Assembly: GCA_050173015.1 (NCBI GenBank)
Contig: JBFXLE010000007.1
Span: forward strand, 96,001 to 160,000
DNA length: 64,000 nucleotides
Direction: 5' to 3'
Origin: Calditrichaceae bacterium
GTDB taxonomy: Bacteria > Calditrichota > Calditrichia > Calditrichales > JBFXGD01
Below the pieces are notes generated by a model, which searched no databases, had not been told where the DNA came from, and saw only the letters and a program-made list of their open reading frames with translations. Below are positions 29,984-41,997 of the stretch, in pieces. The position numbers and the translations under genes were made by a program. Each line of letters begins with the position of its first letter. The first letter of the stretch is position 1.

Positions 29984-30325
29984 TTAAATATGTTCAACAA
30001 TAATTGTTAAATGTGATGTTCTTTTACGTATTTTACCCGCTCTGCCCATTGACATAGGACGAAATCTCTTCAGAGTTGCCCCGCCATCTACGAATGCGGT
30101 TTTAATATAAACATCATTCATATTAATACGCTCGCCTTCTTCCTTGTTGCCAAGATTAGCATAGGCAGCCTGAATTGTCTTGGCGATAGGCTCAGCGGCA
30201 TTTTTTCTTGTAAAATGAAGTAAATTCAATGCTTCTTCCACATTCATACCGCGAACCAGGTCCAGGACCCGTCGCATTTTTATCGGGGACATTCTCAAAT
30301 ATTTGGTTTTTGCAATAGCTTCCAT
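29984..30325 (-). CDS. rplV: 50S ribosomal protein L22
   Basis: [27 protein letters not shown]. Confidence 0.97.
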   Translation of the reverse strand: MEAIAKTKYLRMSPIKMRRVLDLVRGMNVEEALNLLHFTRKNAAEPIAKTIQAAYANLGNKEEGERINMNDVYIKTAFVDGGATLKRFRPMSMGRAGKIRKRTSHLTIIVEHI

Positions 30326-30342
30326 CTTTACTCCGATTTTTT

Positions 30343-30630
30343 TTACTTAACACGACTCATGCGTTCAGCCAGCTTACCCCCGTGACCTCTAAATGTACGA
30401 GTCGGAGCAAATTCACCAAGTTTGTGACCCACCATATTTTCAGATACATAAACAGGTATGAATTTTATTCCGTTATGAACAGCAATTGTATGACCTACAA
30501 ATTCCGGTGGAATTGTGCTTCTTCTTGCCCAGGTCTTCACAACTACTTTTTTACCATCAGCATTCAATTTTTCAATTTTACCGGCAAGATTCAGGTCAAT
30601 GTATGGACCTTTTTTTATCGAGCGTGCCAT
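30343..30630 (-). CDS. rpsS: 30S ribosomal protein S19
   Basis: [24 protein letters not shown]. Confidence 0.98.
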   Translation of the reverse strand: MARSIKKGPYIDLNLAGKIEKLNADGKKVVVKTWARRSTIPPEFVGHTIAVHNGIKFIPVYVSENMVGHKLGEFAPTRTFRGHGGKLAERMSRVK

Positions 30631-30643
30631 CTACATAATTCTC

Positions 30644-31468
30644 CTATTTACGCCGCTTCACAATAAACGCATCAGATTGTTTTCTTTTCTTACGAGTTTT
30701 TAATCCCTTGCTTAACTGGCCCCATGGTGAACACGGATGGCGACCGCCTGATGTCTTGCCTTCTCCACCACCCATAGGATGGTCAATGGGGTTCATGGCA
30801 ACACCTCTAACATTGGGACGACGCCCAAGCCATCTTGAACGACCTGCTTTACCAATCGAAATATTCATGTGGTCAACATTCGAAACCTGTCCAATGGTCG
30901 CGTAACAATTCGCATGAATTTTTCGAACTTCACCGGAAGGCAGCTTAACCATCGCGAACTTACCCTCTTTGGCAACCAACTGCGCCGAAGCGCCCGCGCT
31001 TCTTACAAGCTGCGCGCCTTTTTTTACTTTTAATTCAATTCCAAATATTCTTAATCCGACCGGGATTTTCTCCAATGGAAGCGAATTCCCGACTTTAATT
31101 TCCACATTCTCGCCAGAAAGAACTTTATCACCAACTTTTAATCCATCGGCAGCGAGAACATATCTTTTTTCGCCATCCGCATAATTCAAAAGAGCAATTC
31201 TTGCTGTTCTGTTCGGATCATATTCAATTGACGCGACAGTGGCCGGGATATCAAATTTATTTCTTTTAAAATCTATAACCCTGTAACGTCTCTTATGACC
31301 GCCTCCACGATGAAACGCAGTCACTCGTCCATTATTATTTCTTCCACCGGTCTTTTTAAGAGATTCGGTTAATGATTTTTCAGGTTTTGACTCAGTAATC
31401 TGAGCAAAATCACTCACCGTTTTATATCTTTGACCAGGTGTAATTGGTTTAAAACTTTTAATTCCCAT
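30644..31468 (-). CDS. rplB: 50S ribosomal protein L2
   Basis: [34 protein letters not shown]. Confidence 0.98.
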   Translation of the reverse strand: MGIKSFKPITPGQRYKTVSDFAQITESKPEKSLTESLKKTGGRNNNGRVTAFHRGGGHKRRYRVIDFKRNKFDIPATVASIEYDPNRTARIALLNYADGEKRYVLAADGLKVGDKVLSGENVEIKVGNSLPLEKIPVGLRIFGIELKVKKGAQLVRSAGASAQLVAKEGKFAMVKLPSGEVRKIHANCYATIGQVSNVDHMNISIGKAGRSRWLGRRPNVRGVAMNPIDHPMGGGEGKTSGGRHPCSPWGQLSKGLKTRKKRKQSDAFIVKRRK

Positions 31469-31489
31469 TTATAAACCCCGTATCTCGAA

Positions 31490-31789
31490 TTAGGCGTTAC
31501 CAAACAAATCTAATTTATGACCGCTTTCAAGCGTGACTATAGCTTTTTTCCATGCAGGACGCCGACCATAAAATCTACCTTTTTTAGTCATTTGCTGACG
31601 CATCTTCCCGACAACATTCATCGTCTTCACAGATTTAACCTTAACATCGAAGCGACTTTCAACTTCACTCTTAATCTCAATCCGATTCGATTCTTTATTC
31701 ACCTCAAAACCGTACTTATTAAGATTTTCCTGCATACCGGCAAGTTTTTCGGTATATAACGGCCTGATTATTATTCTCTTTTTTTTCAT
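31490..31789 (-). CDS. rplW: 50S ribosomal protein L23
   Basis: RPLYTEK, WKKAIVTL. Confidence 0.96.
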   Translation of the reverse strand: MKKKRIIIRPLYTEKLAGMQENLNKYGFEVNKESNRIEIKSEVESRFDVKVKSVKTMNVVGKMRQQMTKKGRFYGRRPAWKKAIVTLESGHKLDLFGNA

Positions 31790-32415
31790 TAGCCTAGCAC
31801 CTCATTAACTTTTTCGAGCGCGCCTTCCTGAATCAATATTGTATCCGCTTTCAATAAATCATAAGTGGAAAACGTAATCGAATCTCTAACCTGTACCCTG
31901 AACAAATTCGAAGACGATTTTACAATATTCTTCGATAAGTCCGAAGTGCACAGCAATACGTTCTTATTGTCAAGATTAAAGGCTGATACAAGACTAATAA
32001 TTTTCTTGGTAGACGGAACTTCGTAATCAAAATTTTTAATGATTTTAATTTTGTCTTCACGAATCTTATAGGTCAAGACCGAACGACGAGCAAGCTGCTT
32101 TACTTTTTTGTTAACCTTCATCGTATAAGTTCTCGGTTCAGGTCCGAATACGCGTCCACCGCCTACATGATGCGGCGCGCGGCTCGTACCCTGTCTTGCG
32201 CGACCAGTTCCTTTCTGACGGAAAGGCTTTTTACCACCGCCGGACACATACGAACGTCCTTTAGTTGCATGCGTACCCTGTCGTTGATTCGCGCGAATCA
32301 ACTTTACATCAAGCCAAATCGCATGATCATTCGGCTCAGCGGCAAATACAGCATCGCTCAACTCAACTTGTTCTGACGTCTCTTTGCCATCTAGTTCATA
32401 TACTTTAAGCTTCAT
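31789..32415 (-). CDS. rplD: 50S ribosomal protein L4
   Basis: RQGTHATK, KPFRQKGTGRARQG, GGGRVFGP. Confidence 0.98.
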   Translation of the reverse strand: MKLKVYELDGKETSEQVELSDAVFAAEPNDHAIWLDVKLIRANQRQGTHATKGRSYVSGGGKKPFRQKGTGRARQGTSRAPHHVGGGRVFGPEPRTYTMKVNKKVKQLARRSVLTYKIREDKIKIIKNFDYEVPSTKKIISLVSAFNLDNKNVLLCTSDLSKNIVKSSSNLFRVQVRDSITFSTYDLLKADTILIQEGALEKVNEVLG

Positions 32416-32443
32416 TATACTCTACCTTGAATCTAATATTTGC

Positions 32444-33061
32444 CTATTTTTTTATTTCCAACAATGTGTTTTTCGAACCGGGTACAGCGCCTTTCAAAAA
32501 CAGCAGATTATTTTCCGCATCTACTTTTACGATTTGAACACGTTTCAGGGTCGTGCGGGCATTCCCCATACGGCCGGCCATTTTCAATCCTTTAAATACC
32601 CGTGAAGGATACGAACTCTGTCCCAGTGAACCGGGAGCGCGCAATCTATCTGACTGCCCATGAGTCTTTGGTCCGCCGGCAAATCCATGCCGCTTGACTC
32701 CGCCCTGGAATCCCTTACCTTTGCTTAATCCTGACACTCTTACCTGCATGCCCGCAGTGAATATATCAGCTTTAATTTCAGAGCCGAGCTCAGCATTTTC
32801 AAGATCACTGCTTTCGAACTCCCTGATATATTTTTTCGGCGCCACAGATACTTTTTTAAAGTGACCCTTAAGCGGTTTGGATACCTTCTTCTCTTTTGCA
32901 TCCAAAAAGCTTAACTGTACCGCATCGTATCCATCAGTTTCTTTTGTCTTTACCTGGGTGACATAACACGGACCCGCTTCCACGACCGTCACGGCGACAA
33001 CGATGCCTTTGTCGTCAAATATTTGAGTCATCCCTATTTTACGTCCTAAAATACCAGACAT
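32444..33061 (-). CDS. rplC: 50S ribosomal protein L3
   Basis: GRKIGMTQ, KGKGFQG, GLKMAGRMG; ATG at 33061 with GGAG SD preferred to the track start at 33073. Confidence 0.97.
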   Translation of the reverse strand: MSGILGRKIGMTQIFDDKGIVVAVTVVEAGPCYVTQVKTKETDGYDAVQLSFLDAKEKKVSKPLKGHFKKVSVAPKKYIREFESSDLENAELGSEIKADIFTAGMQVRVSGLSKGKGFQGGVKRHGFAGGPKTHGQSDRLRAPGSLGQSSYPSRVFKGLKMAGRMGNARTTLKRVQIVKVDAENNLLFLKGAVPGSKNTLLEIKK

Positions 33062-33087
33062 TATTTTCTCCAAAGATTGAAGCTATT

Positions 33088-33396
33088 TCAGGTTTTTATT
33101 TCAATATCAACACCAGCAGGCAGTTCCAATTTCATCAGAGCATCTACCGTTTTGCTGGTTGCATTTAAGATATCGATCAGTCTCTTGTGAATTCTCGTTT
33201 CAAATTGCTCACGTGATTTTTTATCTACATGCGGTGAACGTAAAACTGTGTAAACTGATCTGTCCGTCGGCAAAGGAATCGGTCCGGAAATCAACGCTCC
33301 TGTCGATCTTGCCGTTCTAATAATCTTGTCAGTCGATTTATCAATCAGATTATGATCGTAAGCTTTTAACCGAATTCTAATGCTTTGACTGGCCAC
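33088..33396 (-). CDS. rpsJ: 30S ribosomal protein S10
   Basis: [33 protein letters not shown] at 33396 with GGAG SD preferred to 33408. Confidence 0.97.
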   Translation of the reverse strand: MASQSIRIRLKAYDHNLIDKSTDKIIRTARSTGALISGPIPLPTDRSVYTVLRSPHVDKKSREQFETRIHKRLIDILNATSKTVDALMKLELPAGVDIEIKT

Positions 33397-33445
33397 AACT
33401 TTCTCCACTAATTATTTGTTAAATGTGCAACTGAACCTATTTGCA

Positions 33446-34636
33446 CTATGCAATAATCTCCGACACAACACCGGCTCCCACCGTACGTCCGCCTTCACGG
33501 ATCGCGAAACGCAATTCCTTCTCCATGGCGATCTCTTTCAGCAACTCGATCTCAACCGTTATGTTATCACCAGGCATTACCATCTCTACGCCGGAAGGCA
33601 TACTTACCATACCCGTAACATCGGTTGTACGGAAATAAAACTGCGGACGATACCCGTTAAAAAACGGAGTGTGACGCCCACCTTCTTCTTTTGTCAATAC
33701 GTATACTTCACCTTTGAATTTGGTATGAGGCTTAATTGATCCGCCCTTTGCCAAAACCATACCGCGTTCAATTTCTTCTTTTGTCACACCGCGCAACAGA
33801 AGACCAACATTATCTCCCGCTTCACCGCGATCCAACAACTTGCGGAACATCTCAACACCGGTAACAACCGTCTTGCGATGAGCTCCCAAACCGATCATCT
33901 CAACTTCTTCACCAACCGTAACAACACCGCGCTCAATTCTGCCTGTGGCCACCGTACCGCGACCGGTAATCGAGAACACATCTTCAACCGGCATCAGGAA
34001 CGGCTTATCAACATCACGCTGCGGAGTCGGAATATATTCGTCAACCGCCGCCATTAACTCAAAAATAGCCTTATTCGCTTCATCATCATCCGGATTATTC
34101 AACGCGTTCAAGGCGCTGCCTTTTATGATTGGTATGTCATCACCAGGAAATTCGTATGAAGATAAAAGCTCACGCAATTCGAGCTCAACCAATTCCAACA
34201 ACTCCGGATCGTCCACCTGGTCAACCTTATTCATAAATACTACGATATAAGGCACGTTTACCTGACGGGCAAGCAAAACATGCTCGCGGGTCTGCGGCAT
34301 CGGACCGTCGGCGGCGCTCACTACCAGAATCGCTCCGTCCATCTGAGCAGCACCGGTAATCATATTCTTTACATAATCGGCGTGACCGGGACAGTCAACA
34401 TGCGCATAATGACGATTGGCCGTCGCATACTCAACATGAGCAGTCGCGATCGTAATACCGCGTTCACGTTCTTCCGGAGCATTGTCAATACTGTCAAAAC
34501 TACGGAAAGATGCTGTACCACCTTTAGCAAGCGCTTGAGTGATCGCTGCAGTTAAGGTTGTTTTACCATGATCAACGTGACCGATGGTACCAATATTTAC
34601 ATGGGGCTTACTTCTATCAAATTTTTCCTTAGCCAT
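33446..34636 (-). CDS. tuf: Elongation factor Tu (str-operon copy)
   Basis: [36 protein letters not shown]. Confidence 0.99.
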   Translation of the reverse strand: MAKEKFDRSKPHVNIGTIGHVDHGKTTLTAAITQALAKGGTASFRSFDSIDNAPEERERGITIATAHVEYATANRHYAHVDCPGHADYVKNMITGAAQMDGAILVVSAADGPMPQTREHVLLARQVNVPYIVVFMNKVDQVDDPELLELVELELRELLSSYEFPGDDIPIIKGSALNALNNPDDDEANKAIFELMAAVDEYIPTPQRDVDKPFLMPVEDVFSITGRGTVATGRIERGVVTVGEEVEMIGLGAHRKTVVTGVEMFRKLLDRGEAGDNVGLLLRGVTKEEIERGMVLAKGGSIKPHTKFKGEVYVLTKEEGGRHTPFFNGYRPQFYFRTTDVTGMVSMPSGVEMVMPGDNITVEIELLKEIAMEKELRFAIREGGRTVGAGVVSEIIA

Positions 34637-34663
34637 TTTTCCTCCAGGACTTTTCTTCTAATT

Positions 34664-36754
34664 CTATGATCGGGATGTACGTTGCGATTTCTCTATAATT
34701 TCATCCGCAACACTTTGAGGCACTTTCTCATAATGTGAGAATTGCATTGTATAAATAGCCCGGCCCTGAGTGACCGAACGCAATGCTGTGGCATACCCGA
34801 ACATCTCACTCAAAGCAACCATTCCATTCACAACCTGAGCATCTTTTCTTGGCAATATACCGGAAATTTTACCTCTTCTGGAGTTCAAATCCCCTATAAC
34901 ATCACCTAAATACTCTTCCGGTACAATTATTTCTATACTAAATATCGGTTCAAGAAGAGCAGGACCCGCTTTTTTTGCTGCGTTTTGCAAAGCCATCGAT
35001 CCGGCAATCTTAAATGCCATTTCACTCGAATCTACATCATGGTATGATCCATCGAATAAACGAGCTTTAATATCTTCCATCGGATAACCCGCAAGCACGC
35101 CGTTCTTAAGCGCTCCTTCAATTCCCTGCTTAACCGAATTGATATATTCTCTCGGAATCACCCCACCAACAACATTATCGATAAATTCAAATCCTTTTCC
35201 AGGCTCATTCGGCTCAACATCAATGATCACATGACCATACTGACCGCGCCCGCCTGACTGACGAACAAATTTACCTTCAGCCTCAACTTTCTTCGTGATG
35301 GTTTCCTTGTAAGCAACCTGCGGCTTCCCGACATTCGCGCTCACTTTAAATTCACGCAAAAGTCTGTCCACAATAATCTCAAGATGCAGCTCACCCATAC
35401 CACTAATGATTGTTTGCCCGGTCTCTTCATCTGTTTTAACATGAAACGTCGGATCTTCATCACTCAATTTCACCAAAGACTGGCTTAGCTTATCCTGATC
35501 AGCCTTCGTTTTCGGCTCGACCGCCACTGCAATTACCGGCTCAGGGAAGTTCATTTTCTCGAGTACAATTTGCTTATCTTCATCACAGAGAGTATCACCG
35601 GTACGCGTATTTTTCAATCCCACAATCGCAGCGATATCTCCTGTGGAGATTTGATCGATATCCTCCCGGTGATTCGCGTGCATCTGCAGAAGACGCCCGA
35701 CACGCTCTTTTTTCTCACTTACACTATTATATATATAGGAACCAGCCTTCAAGGATCCTGAATAAACCCGAACAAAAGTTAAACGACCGACAAACGGATC
35801 GACCATTATCTTAAAAGCCAAAGCAGAAAACGGCGCATTATCCAACGGTTTACGAGTGATTTTTTCGTCTGTTCTGGGATTTAATCCCTCTACATCCGGC
35901 AAATCGTTCGGTGACGGCAAATAATCAACCACGCCATCGAGAAGCCGCTGTACACCCTTGTTCTTGAAAGCGGAACCGCAAAAAACCGGCGTAATCTTTA
36001 AGTCAATAATCGCTTTTCTGATAGCGCCTTTTAACTCTTCCTTACCAATTTCTTCGCCATCAAGATACTTAATCATCAATTCTTCATCATATTCGGCGAC
36101 CGCTTCAATAATATCATTCCTGTACTTTTCAGCTTTTTCAATCAAACCTTTTGGTATCTCACCAACTTCAAACAACGCGCCAAGTGAACTATCATTATAT
36201 AAAACAGAATTCATCTCAACTAAATCCACCAAACCGGTAAACAAATCGCCTTCACCAATAGGAATCTGCAAAGGAACAGGATTCGATCCCAGCTTTTGTT
36301 TCATCATTTCCAGCACATTGTAAAAATCGGCGCCAATACGATCCATTTTATTCACAAATGCAATTCTCGGCACATGATACTTATCAGCCTGACGCCAGAC
36401 TGTCTCAGATTGCGGTTCAACACCCCCTACGGCGCAAAACAGAGCCACAGCGCCATCCAAAACCCTTAAAGAACGCTCAACCTCAACCGTAAAATCCACA
36501 TGTCCCGGCGTATCAATAATATTGATCACATGATCTTTCCACATCGCTGTTGTCGCAGCCGAAGTAATCGTAATACCTCGCTCCTTTTCCTGCTCCATCC
36601 AGTCCATCGTGGCGGCACCATCATGCACCTCACCCATACGATGCAAGCGTCCTGTATAAAATAAGATCCGCTCCGTCGTCGTGGTTTTCCCGGCGTCTAT
36701 ATGCGCCATGATACCTATATTTCTAATTTTATCTTTATTAACAATCTTACCCAT
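34664..36754 (-). CDS. fusA: Elongation factor G
   Basis: [30 protein letters not shown]. Confidence 0.99.
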   Translation of the reverse strand: MGKIVNKDKIRNIGIMAHIDAGKTTTTERILFYTGRLHRMGEVHDGAATMDWMEQEKERGITITSAATTAMWKDHVINIIDTPGHVDFTVEVERSLRVLDGAVALFCAVGGVEPQSETVWRQADKYHVPRIAFVNKMDRIGADFYNVLEMMKQKLGSNPVPLQIPIGEGDLFTGLVDLVEMNSVLYNDSSLGALFEVGEIPKGLIEKAEKYRNDIIEAVAEYDEELMIKYLDGEEIGKEELKGAIRKAIIDLKITPVFCGSAFKNKGVQRLLDGVVDYLPSPNDLPDVEGLNPRTDEKITRKPLDNAPFSALAFKIMVDPFVGRLTFVRVYSGSLKAGSYIYNSVSEKKERVGRLLQMHANHREDIDQISTGDIAAIVGLKNTRTGDTLCDEDKQIVLEKMNFPEPVIAVAVEPKTKADQDKLSQSLVKLSDEDPTFHVKTDEETGQTIISGMGELHLEIIVDRLLREFKVSANVGKPQVAYKETITKKVEAEGKFVRQSGGRGQYGHVIIDVEPNEPGKGFEFIDNVVGGVIPREYINSVKQGIEGALKNGVLAGYPMEDIKARLFDGSYHDVDSSEMAFKIAGSMALQNAAKKAGPALLEPIFSIEIIVPEEYLGDVIGDLNSRRGKISGILPRKDAQVVNGMVALSEMFGYATALRSVTQGRAIYTMQFSHYEKVPQSVADEIIEKSQRTSRS

Positions 36755-36770
36755 ATTTCCTATCTATCCT

Positions 36771-37241
36771 CTACCACCGGAAATGCGCAAACGCCTTATT
36801 CGCTTCTGCCATTTTGTGGGTGTCTTCTCTTTTCTTAACCGTGGTGCCTTCGTTTTTCCAGGCAGCCAACAACTCATTAGCCAATCTTTCCGCCATCGTC
36901 TTTTCGCTTCTCAATCTTGAGAAACGCACCAGCCAGCGGATCGCTAACGCCTGACGGCGATTTTCCCTAACCTCAACCGGAACCTGGTAAGTCGCGCCAC
37001 CAACTCGTCTTGATTTCACTTCAACCATCGGCGCTACATTATCCATCGCCTTTTTGAATACGGTTAGCGGGTTTTCTTTTCCCCTCTGTTCCACCAAATC
37101 CATCGCAGCATAAAAAGATTTTTCCGCAACACTTTTTTGCCCGCTTTTCATCATCCCATTTATAAATTTCGCAACTACAATGTCTTTATATTTTGGATCT
37201 GGCAATATTGTTCTTTTTTGTGCTCTTCTTCTTCTCGGCAT
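36771..37241 (-). CDS. rpsG: 30S ribosomal protein S7
   Basis: [27 protein letters not shown]. Confidence 0.98.
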   Translation of the reverse strand: MPRRRRAQKRTILPDPKYKDIVVAKFINGMMKSGQKSVAEKSFYAAMDLVEQRGKENPLTVFKKAMDNVAPMVEVKSRRVGGATYQVPVEVRENRRQALAIRWLVRFSRLRSEKTMAERLANELLAAWKNEGTTVKKREDTHKMAEANKAFAHFRW

Positions 37242-37264
37242 ATCAACTCCACATTACCCTAAAA

Positions 37265-37639
37265 TTAAGATTTTGGTTTTTTCGCACCATACTTGGAACG
37301 CCCCTGCTTCCTGTCGCTTACTCCGCTTGTATCCAATGTCCCGCGAATGATATGATAACGAACACCAGGTAAATCCTTTACACGGCCGCCTCTGATTAGA
37401 ACGATTGAGTGTTCCTGAAGATTATGTCCCTCACCAGGGATATATGCTGAAACCTCTATACCGTTCGTCAATCTTACACGAGCAACCTTTCGCAACGCTG
37501 AATTCGGTTTTTTAGGAGTCGTAGTGTATACACGTGTGCAAACACCTCTTTTTTGTGGGCATGCACCAAGCGCGGGCGCTTTATTTGTTTTCGTTACAAC
37601 TTTTCTGCCATGCCGAATCAACTGATTAATAGTAGGCAA
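37265..37639 (-). CDS. rpsL: 30S ribosomal protein S12
   Basis: [31 protein letters not shown] start. Confidence 0.99.
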   Translation of the reverse strand: MPTINQLIRHGRKVVTKTNKAPALGACPQKRGVCTRVYTTTPKKPNSALRKVARVRLTNGIEVSAYIPGEGHNLQEHSIVLIRGGRVKDLPGVRYHIIRGTLDTSGVSDRKQGRSKYGAKKPKS

Positions 37640-37668
37640 ACCATACCTCCAAAAAATTACAGACTGTC

Positions 37669-37697
37669 AATATAATATATTTAATTTACCATTTCAA
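37669..37697 (-). promoter_or_regulatory. Putative internal promoter for the str/S10 section
   Basis: Minus strand TTGAAA-N17-TATATT in the rpoC-rpsL spacer. Confidence 0.6.
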
Positions 37698-37714
37698 GAA
37701 TATTTTTTATTATT

Positions 37715-40700
37715 TTACACCTGCTCAACAGGTGTATCCACTGCTCCGGCAAGCTCCTCTTCGCCGGCTTCTTCCTGCTCAATAATCATCCGCATGTCAT
37801 TATATTTGGACAACCCCGTACCCGCAGGAATCAAGTGCCCCATAATAACATTTTCTTTCAAGCCAATCAGCCCGTCTTCTTTACCCGCTGTGGCTGCATC
37901 TGTTAATACCTGAGTTGTTTCCTGGAACGATGCCGCGGAAATAAAACTCTTTGTCGTTAATGCTGCCTGCGTAATACCCAACAGAATCGGAGTAAAGGCC
38001 GCAGGTCGCGCTTTGCGGTATTTAACAGGATTTTTTTTGTCCTTTTTCAGGTCACGGTTAATTGACTCTACCGTTTTCCGGTCTGACTCTGATCCCTCCC
38101 TGTAAAGTGAATCACCGGGATCTGTGACGATAATCTTATTGGCTATACGGGCATTCTCTTCAAAGAAGTCGACCTTGTGTATTTGATCACCGTCCAGGAA
38201 TCGTGTATCACCCGAATCTTTCACTCTGACCTTCTGGAGCATCTGTCTTACAATGATACCAATATGCTTATCATTGATTTTTACACCCTGTAAACGGTAC
38301 ACTTCCTGGATTTCATTAACCATATATTCCTGCACTTTACCAGGACCCTTAATCGCGAGGATATCATCAGGTGAAATTGCTCCGTCAGTCAAGCGTTCAC
38401 CAGCTTCAACAAGATCGTTTTCGTGAACCAGAATATGCATCCCATGCGGGATTAAGTATTTTTTGGCTTCATGTTCAGATTCCACATTTATCTCACGAAC
38501 ACCACGCTTAACCGGACCGAATTTGATAAAACCATCGATCTCACTTACAACAGCCTTTTCTTTTGGCTGACGAGCTTCGAAAAGTTCAGCTACGCGCGGC
38601 AGACCACCTGTAATATCCCTTGTTTTTCCAATTTCACGTGGTATTTTGACCAACAGATCACCAGCGCTAACCTTATCATTATCATTAACCTGGAGAAAAG
38701 CCTTGACCGGTATAATATATTGACCCAGTTTTTCGCCATCTTCATCATGTATGGAGATATACGGATTCAGATTTTTATTTTTCGATTCAATTACTACTCT
38801 CTGCTTCCGTCCGGTCTGTTCATCTAATTCCTCCCGGAATGTAATATTTTCGATAAGATCCTGGAACGATACCTTACCAGACTTATCAGCAATAATAACA
38901 GATGAATATGGATCCCAGTCAAAAAGTATATCGCCTCGTTTTAAATCATCACCATTTTTGCATTTCAGAGTAGCTCCGTAAGCTACATTATAAGTATTAA
39001 TGGTTCTGTTGTCAGAATCCATAATCTCAATCTTACCGTTCCTGCCGATAACTACTTCCTCACCAGTCACGCTTGTAACAACTTTAAGATTGATTAACTT
39101 AACCTTACCATCCGCCTTTGAAGCGATGTGTGACTCAGCAGCTATATGTCCTGCCGTACCACCAATATGGAAGGTACGCAATGTCAGCTGTGTACCCGGC
39201 TCACCGATACTCTGAGCAGCCATAACACCCACAGCTTCTCCATTTTCGACCAATTGTCCTGTTGCAAGGTTACGACCGTAACACATTGCACAGATCCCCT
39301 GTTTTGATTCACACGTCAACTCTGTCCTGACCCGAACCACTTCAATTGCCGAGTTCGTTATCTTATCGGCAACCACTTCATCTATGATATTTCCACGGTT
39401 TAGAATTACTTCATTTGTAACCGGGTCTATGACATCTGCGGAAGCGACTCGTCCAAGAACGCGATCTGACAATGGTTCAATAATTTCTTCACCTTCCTTA
39501 AGATCGGTAATATCTATCCCAAGAATAGTGCCACAATCCAGTTCTGTGATTATCACATCCTGTGCGACATCCACAAGTCTTCTTGTCAGGTAACCGGCAT
39601 CTGCGGTTTTTAGCGCTGTATCAGCCAAACCCTTACGGGCGCCGTGAGTGGAGATAAAGTATTCTATAACCGACAAGCCCTCAAGAAAGTTGGCTGTGAT
39701 CGGGTTCTCGATAATTTCACCAGTTTGACCCGTTAACGATTTTTGAGGCTTGGCCATCAAACCACGCATCCCGGCCAGCTGTCTTATCTGTTCTTTGCTG
39801 CCTCGAGCTCCGGAATCCGACATCATATAAAGCGGATTAAATCCGTCTCTGTTTCTTTTTAGTTTTTCAAACATAGTCTCTGCAACATTTGCAGTGACCC
39901 TGGTCCAGATATCGATAATTTTATTATATCTTTCACCGTCGGTAATAATACCGCGATTGTACTGATCCTGAATTTCGTCAACTTCTTCCTGCGCCATTTT
40001 TACAAGAATATTCTTTTCCGGTGAAATGATGATATCAGATAGTCCAACCGATGAACCGGATTTCATGGCATAAGTGAACCCGAGAGCCTTTAGGTTATCA
40101 AGAAATTCTGCTGTCACCTTGTTGCCGGCTACGCGATAACAATCTGAGATAATCTCGGTGATAGTTTTCTTTGAAAGTAATTTATTAATATAACCTATTT
40201 CATCCGGAACGATCTCATTAAAGATGATGCGTCCGGTAGTGGTCTCAATTATTTCACCTTTGATGCGCACTTTAATTTTTGCGTGAAGACTGATTTTCTC
40301 ATTATTGTATGCGGCAATAACTTCTTTTTCCGATGAAAAGATCATTCCTTCACCCATTGCTCCGGGAAGCATCTTGGCAAGGTAATAACACCCTAGCACA
40401 ATATCCTGACTCGGTATGGCAACCGGTTTACCGTTTGCCGGCGAAAGAATATTATGACTCGACAACATCAGCATTTTTGTTTCAACCTGCGCTTCATATG
40501 AAAGCGGAATATGTACGGCCATCTGATCACCGTCAAAGTCAGCGTTAAACGCGGAACAGACCAGAGGATGAATTCGAATAGCCTTTCCTTCAATTAATAC
40601 CGGTTGAAATGCCTGAATACCCAGTCTGTGAAGCGTTGGCGCGCGGTTTAACAAAACAGGATGATCCTCAATGATCTCCTCAAGAATATCCCATACCTCC

Positions 40701-41947
40701 GGACCGCGACGTTCAACCAGTTTTTTTGCGCTTTTTACGGTTTTCACAAAACGGCGTTCTACAAGCTTTCGGATAATAAACGGTTTGAACAATTCAATCG
40801 CCATATCCTTCGGTAAACCGCACTCATGCAGTTTTAATTCAGGGCCAACGACAATAACCGATCTACCGGAATAATCAACGCGTTTTCCAAGCAAATTCTG
40901 GCGGAACCTGCCCTGCTTACCTTTTAACATATCTGATAAAGATTTTAGAGGTCGATCACCATCCGAACGCATGGCAGCTGATCTTTTTGAATTATCAAAA
41001 AGAGAATCAACCGATTCCTGAAGCATTCTTTTTTCGTTTCTCAAAATGACTTCCGGCGCCTTGATTTCCAGCAGCTTTTTCAGCCGGTTGTTACGGATAA
41101 TTACGCGTCTGTACAGATCATTCAAATCACTTGTTGCGAATCGCCCGCCTTCAAGAGGAACCAAAGGCCTTAATTCAGGAGGAATTACCGGAATAACATC
41201 CAGAATCATCCATTCGGGCCTGTTACGATATTCTGTATTTTCTTCTTTAACACGAAACGCTTCAACAACTTTTAGTCTTTTGAGCGCTTCCTGCTTTTTC
41301 TGTTCTGAAGTTTCTGACTTCACCACTTTTCTCAACTGCAGCGCGAGCTCTTCTATATCGAGCATTTTTAACAACTGGTGGATTGCTTCGCCACCAATTC
41401 TCGCGACAAATTTCTCTGGATCTTCATCAGTCAGTTCTTCATTCAAATCGCCATGAGCATCCAGCTGATTGAAGTATTCTTCCTCAGTAATCAGCTCTTT
41501 AAACTTTAGATTGCTCTTCCCCGGATTAACGATGACATAGTTTTCATAGTATATAACTTTCTCAAGGTCTTTCGGCGACATATCGAGCAGATAGCCGATC
41601 TTGGAAGGCAATGATCTGAAGAACCAAATATGAACAACCGGTACCGCAAGGCTTATATGCCCCATGCGTTCACGCCGCACAGCCTTTTGTGTGACTTCAA
41701 CCCCGCAGCGGTCGCAAATAATGCCCTTATAGCGAATTCTTTTATATTTCCCGCAATGACATTCCCAATCTTTTACAGGGCCAAATATTTTTTCGCAAAA
41801 CAACCCGTCTTTTTCGGGCTTGAATGACCGGTAATTGATGGTCTCCGGCTTGGTGACTTCACCGTGTGACTGTTCTAAAATATCATTCGGTGATGCCAGG
41901 CCGATAATAATTTTGTTGAATTTATTTGGGCTTCTTTTAATCTGCAA
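37715..41947 (-). CDS. rpoC: RNA polymerase beta' subunit
   Basis: Zn ribbon CHCGKY...[32 protein letters not shown]. Confidence 0.99.
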   Translation of the reverse strand: MQIKRSPNKFNKIIIGLASPNDILEQSHGEVTKPETINYRSFKPEKDGLFCEKIFGPVKDWECHCGKYKRIRYKGIICDRCGVEVTQKAVRRERMGHISLAVPVVHIWFFRSLPSKIGYLLDMSPKDLEKVIYYENYVIVNPGKSNLKFKELITEEEYFNQLDAHGDLNEELTDEDPEKFVARIGGEAIHQLLKMLDIEELALQLRKVVKSETSEQKKQEALKRLKVVEAFRVKEENTEYRNRPEWMILDVIPVIPPELRPLVPLEGGRFATSDLNDLYRRVIIRNNRLKKLLEIKAPEVILRNEKRMLQESVDSLFDNSKRSAAMRSDGDRPLKSLSDMLKGKQGRFRQNLLGKRVDYSGRSVIVVGPELKLHECGLPKDMAIELFKPFIIRKLVERRFVKTVKSAKKLVERRGPEVWDILEEIIEDHPVLLNRAPTLHRLGIQAFQPVLIEGKAIRIHPLVCSAFNADFDGDQMAVHIPLSYEAQVETKMLMLSSHNILSPANGKPVAIPSQDIVLGCYYLAKMLPGAMGEGMIFSSEKEVIAAYNNEKISLHAKIKVRIKGEIIETTTGRIIFNEIVPDEIGYINKLLSKKTITEIISDCYRVAGNKVTAEFLDNLKALGFTYAMKSGSSVGLSDIIISPEKNILVKMAQEEVDEIQDQYNRGIITDGERYNKIIDIWTRVTANVAETMFEKLKRNRDGFNPLYMMSDSGARGSKEQIRQLAGMRGLMAKPQKSLTGQTGEIIENPITANFLEGLSVIEYFISTHGARKGLADTALKTADAGYLTRRLVDVAQDVIITELDCGTILGIDITDLKEGEEIIEPLSDRVLGRVASADVIDPVTNEVILNRGNIIDEVVADKITNSAIEVVRVRTELTCESKQGICAMCYGRNLATGQLVENGEAVGVMAAQSIGEPGTQLTLRTFHIGGTAGHIAAESHIASKADGKVKLINLKVVTSVTGEEVVIGRNGKIEIMDSDNRTINTYNVAYGATLKCKNGDDLKRGDILFDWDPYSSVIIADKSGKVSFQDLIENITFREELDEQTGRKQRVVIESKNKNLNPYISIHDEDGEKLGQYIIPVKAFLQVNDNDKVSAGDLLVKIPREIGKTRDITGGLPRVAELFEARQPKEKAVVSEIDGFIKFGPVKRGVREINVESEHEAKKYLIPHGMHILVHENDLVEAGERLTDGAISPDDILAIKGPGKVQEYMVNEIQEVYRLQGVKINDKHIGIIVRQMLQKVRVKDSGDTRFLDGDQIHKVDFFEENARIANKIIVTDPGDSLYREGSESDRKTVESINRDLKKDKKNPVKYRKARPAAFTPILLGITQAALTTKSFISAASFQETTQVLTDAATAGKEDGLIGLKENVIMGHLIPAGTGLSKYNDMRMIIEQEEAGEEELAGAVDTPVEQV

Positions 41948-41997
41948 AATTACGACTCCTATTTATAAAAAACCTTACGGCGACCAACCCTTGAACT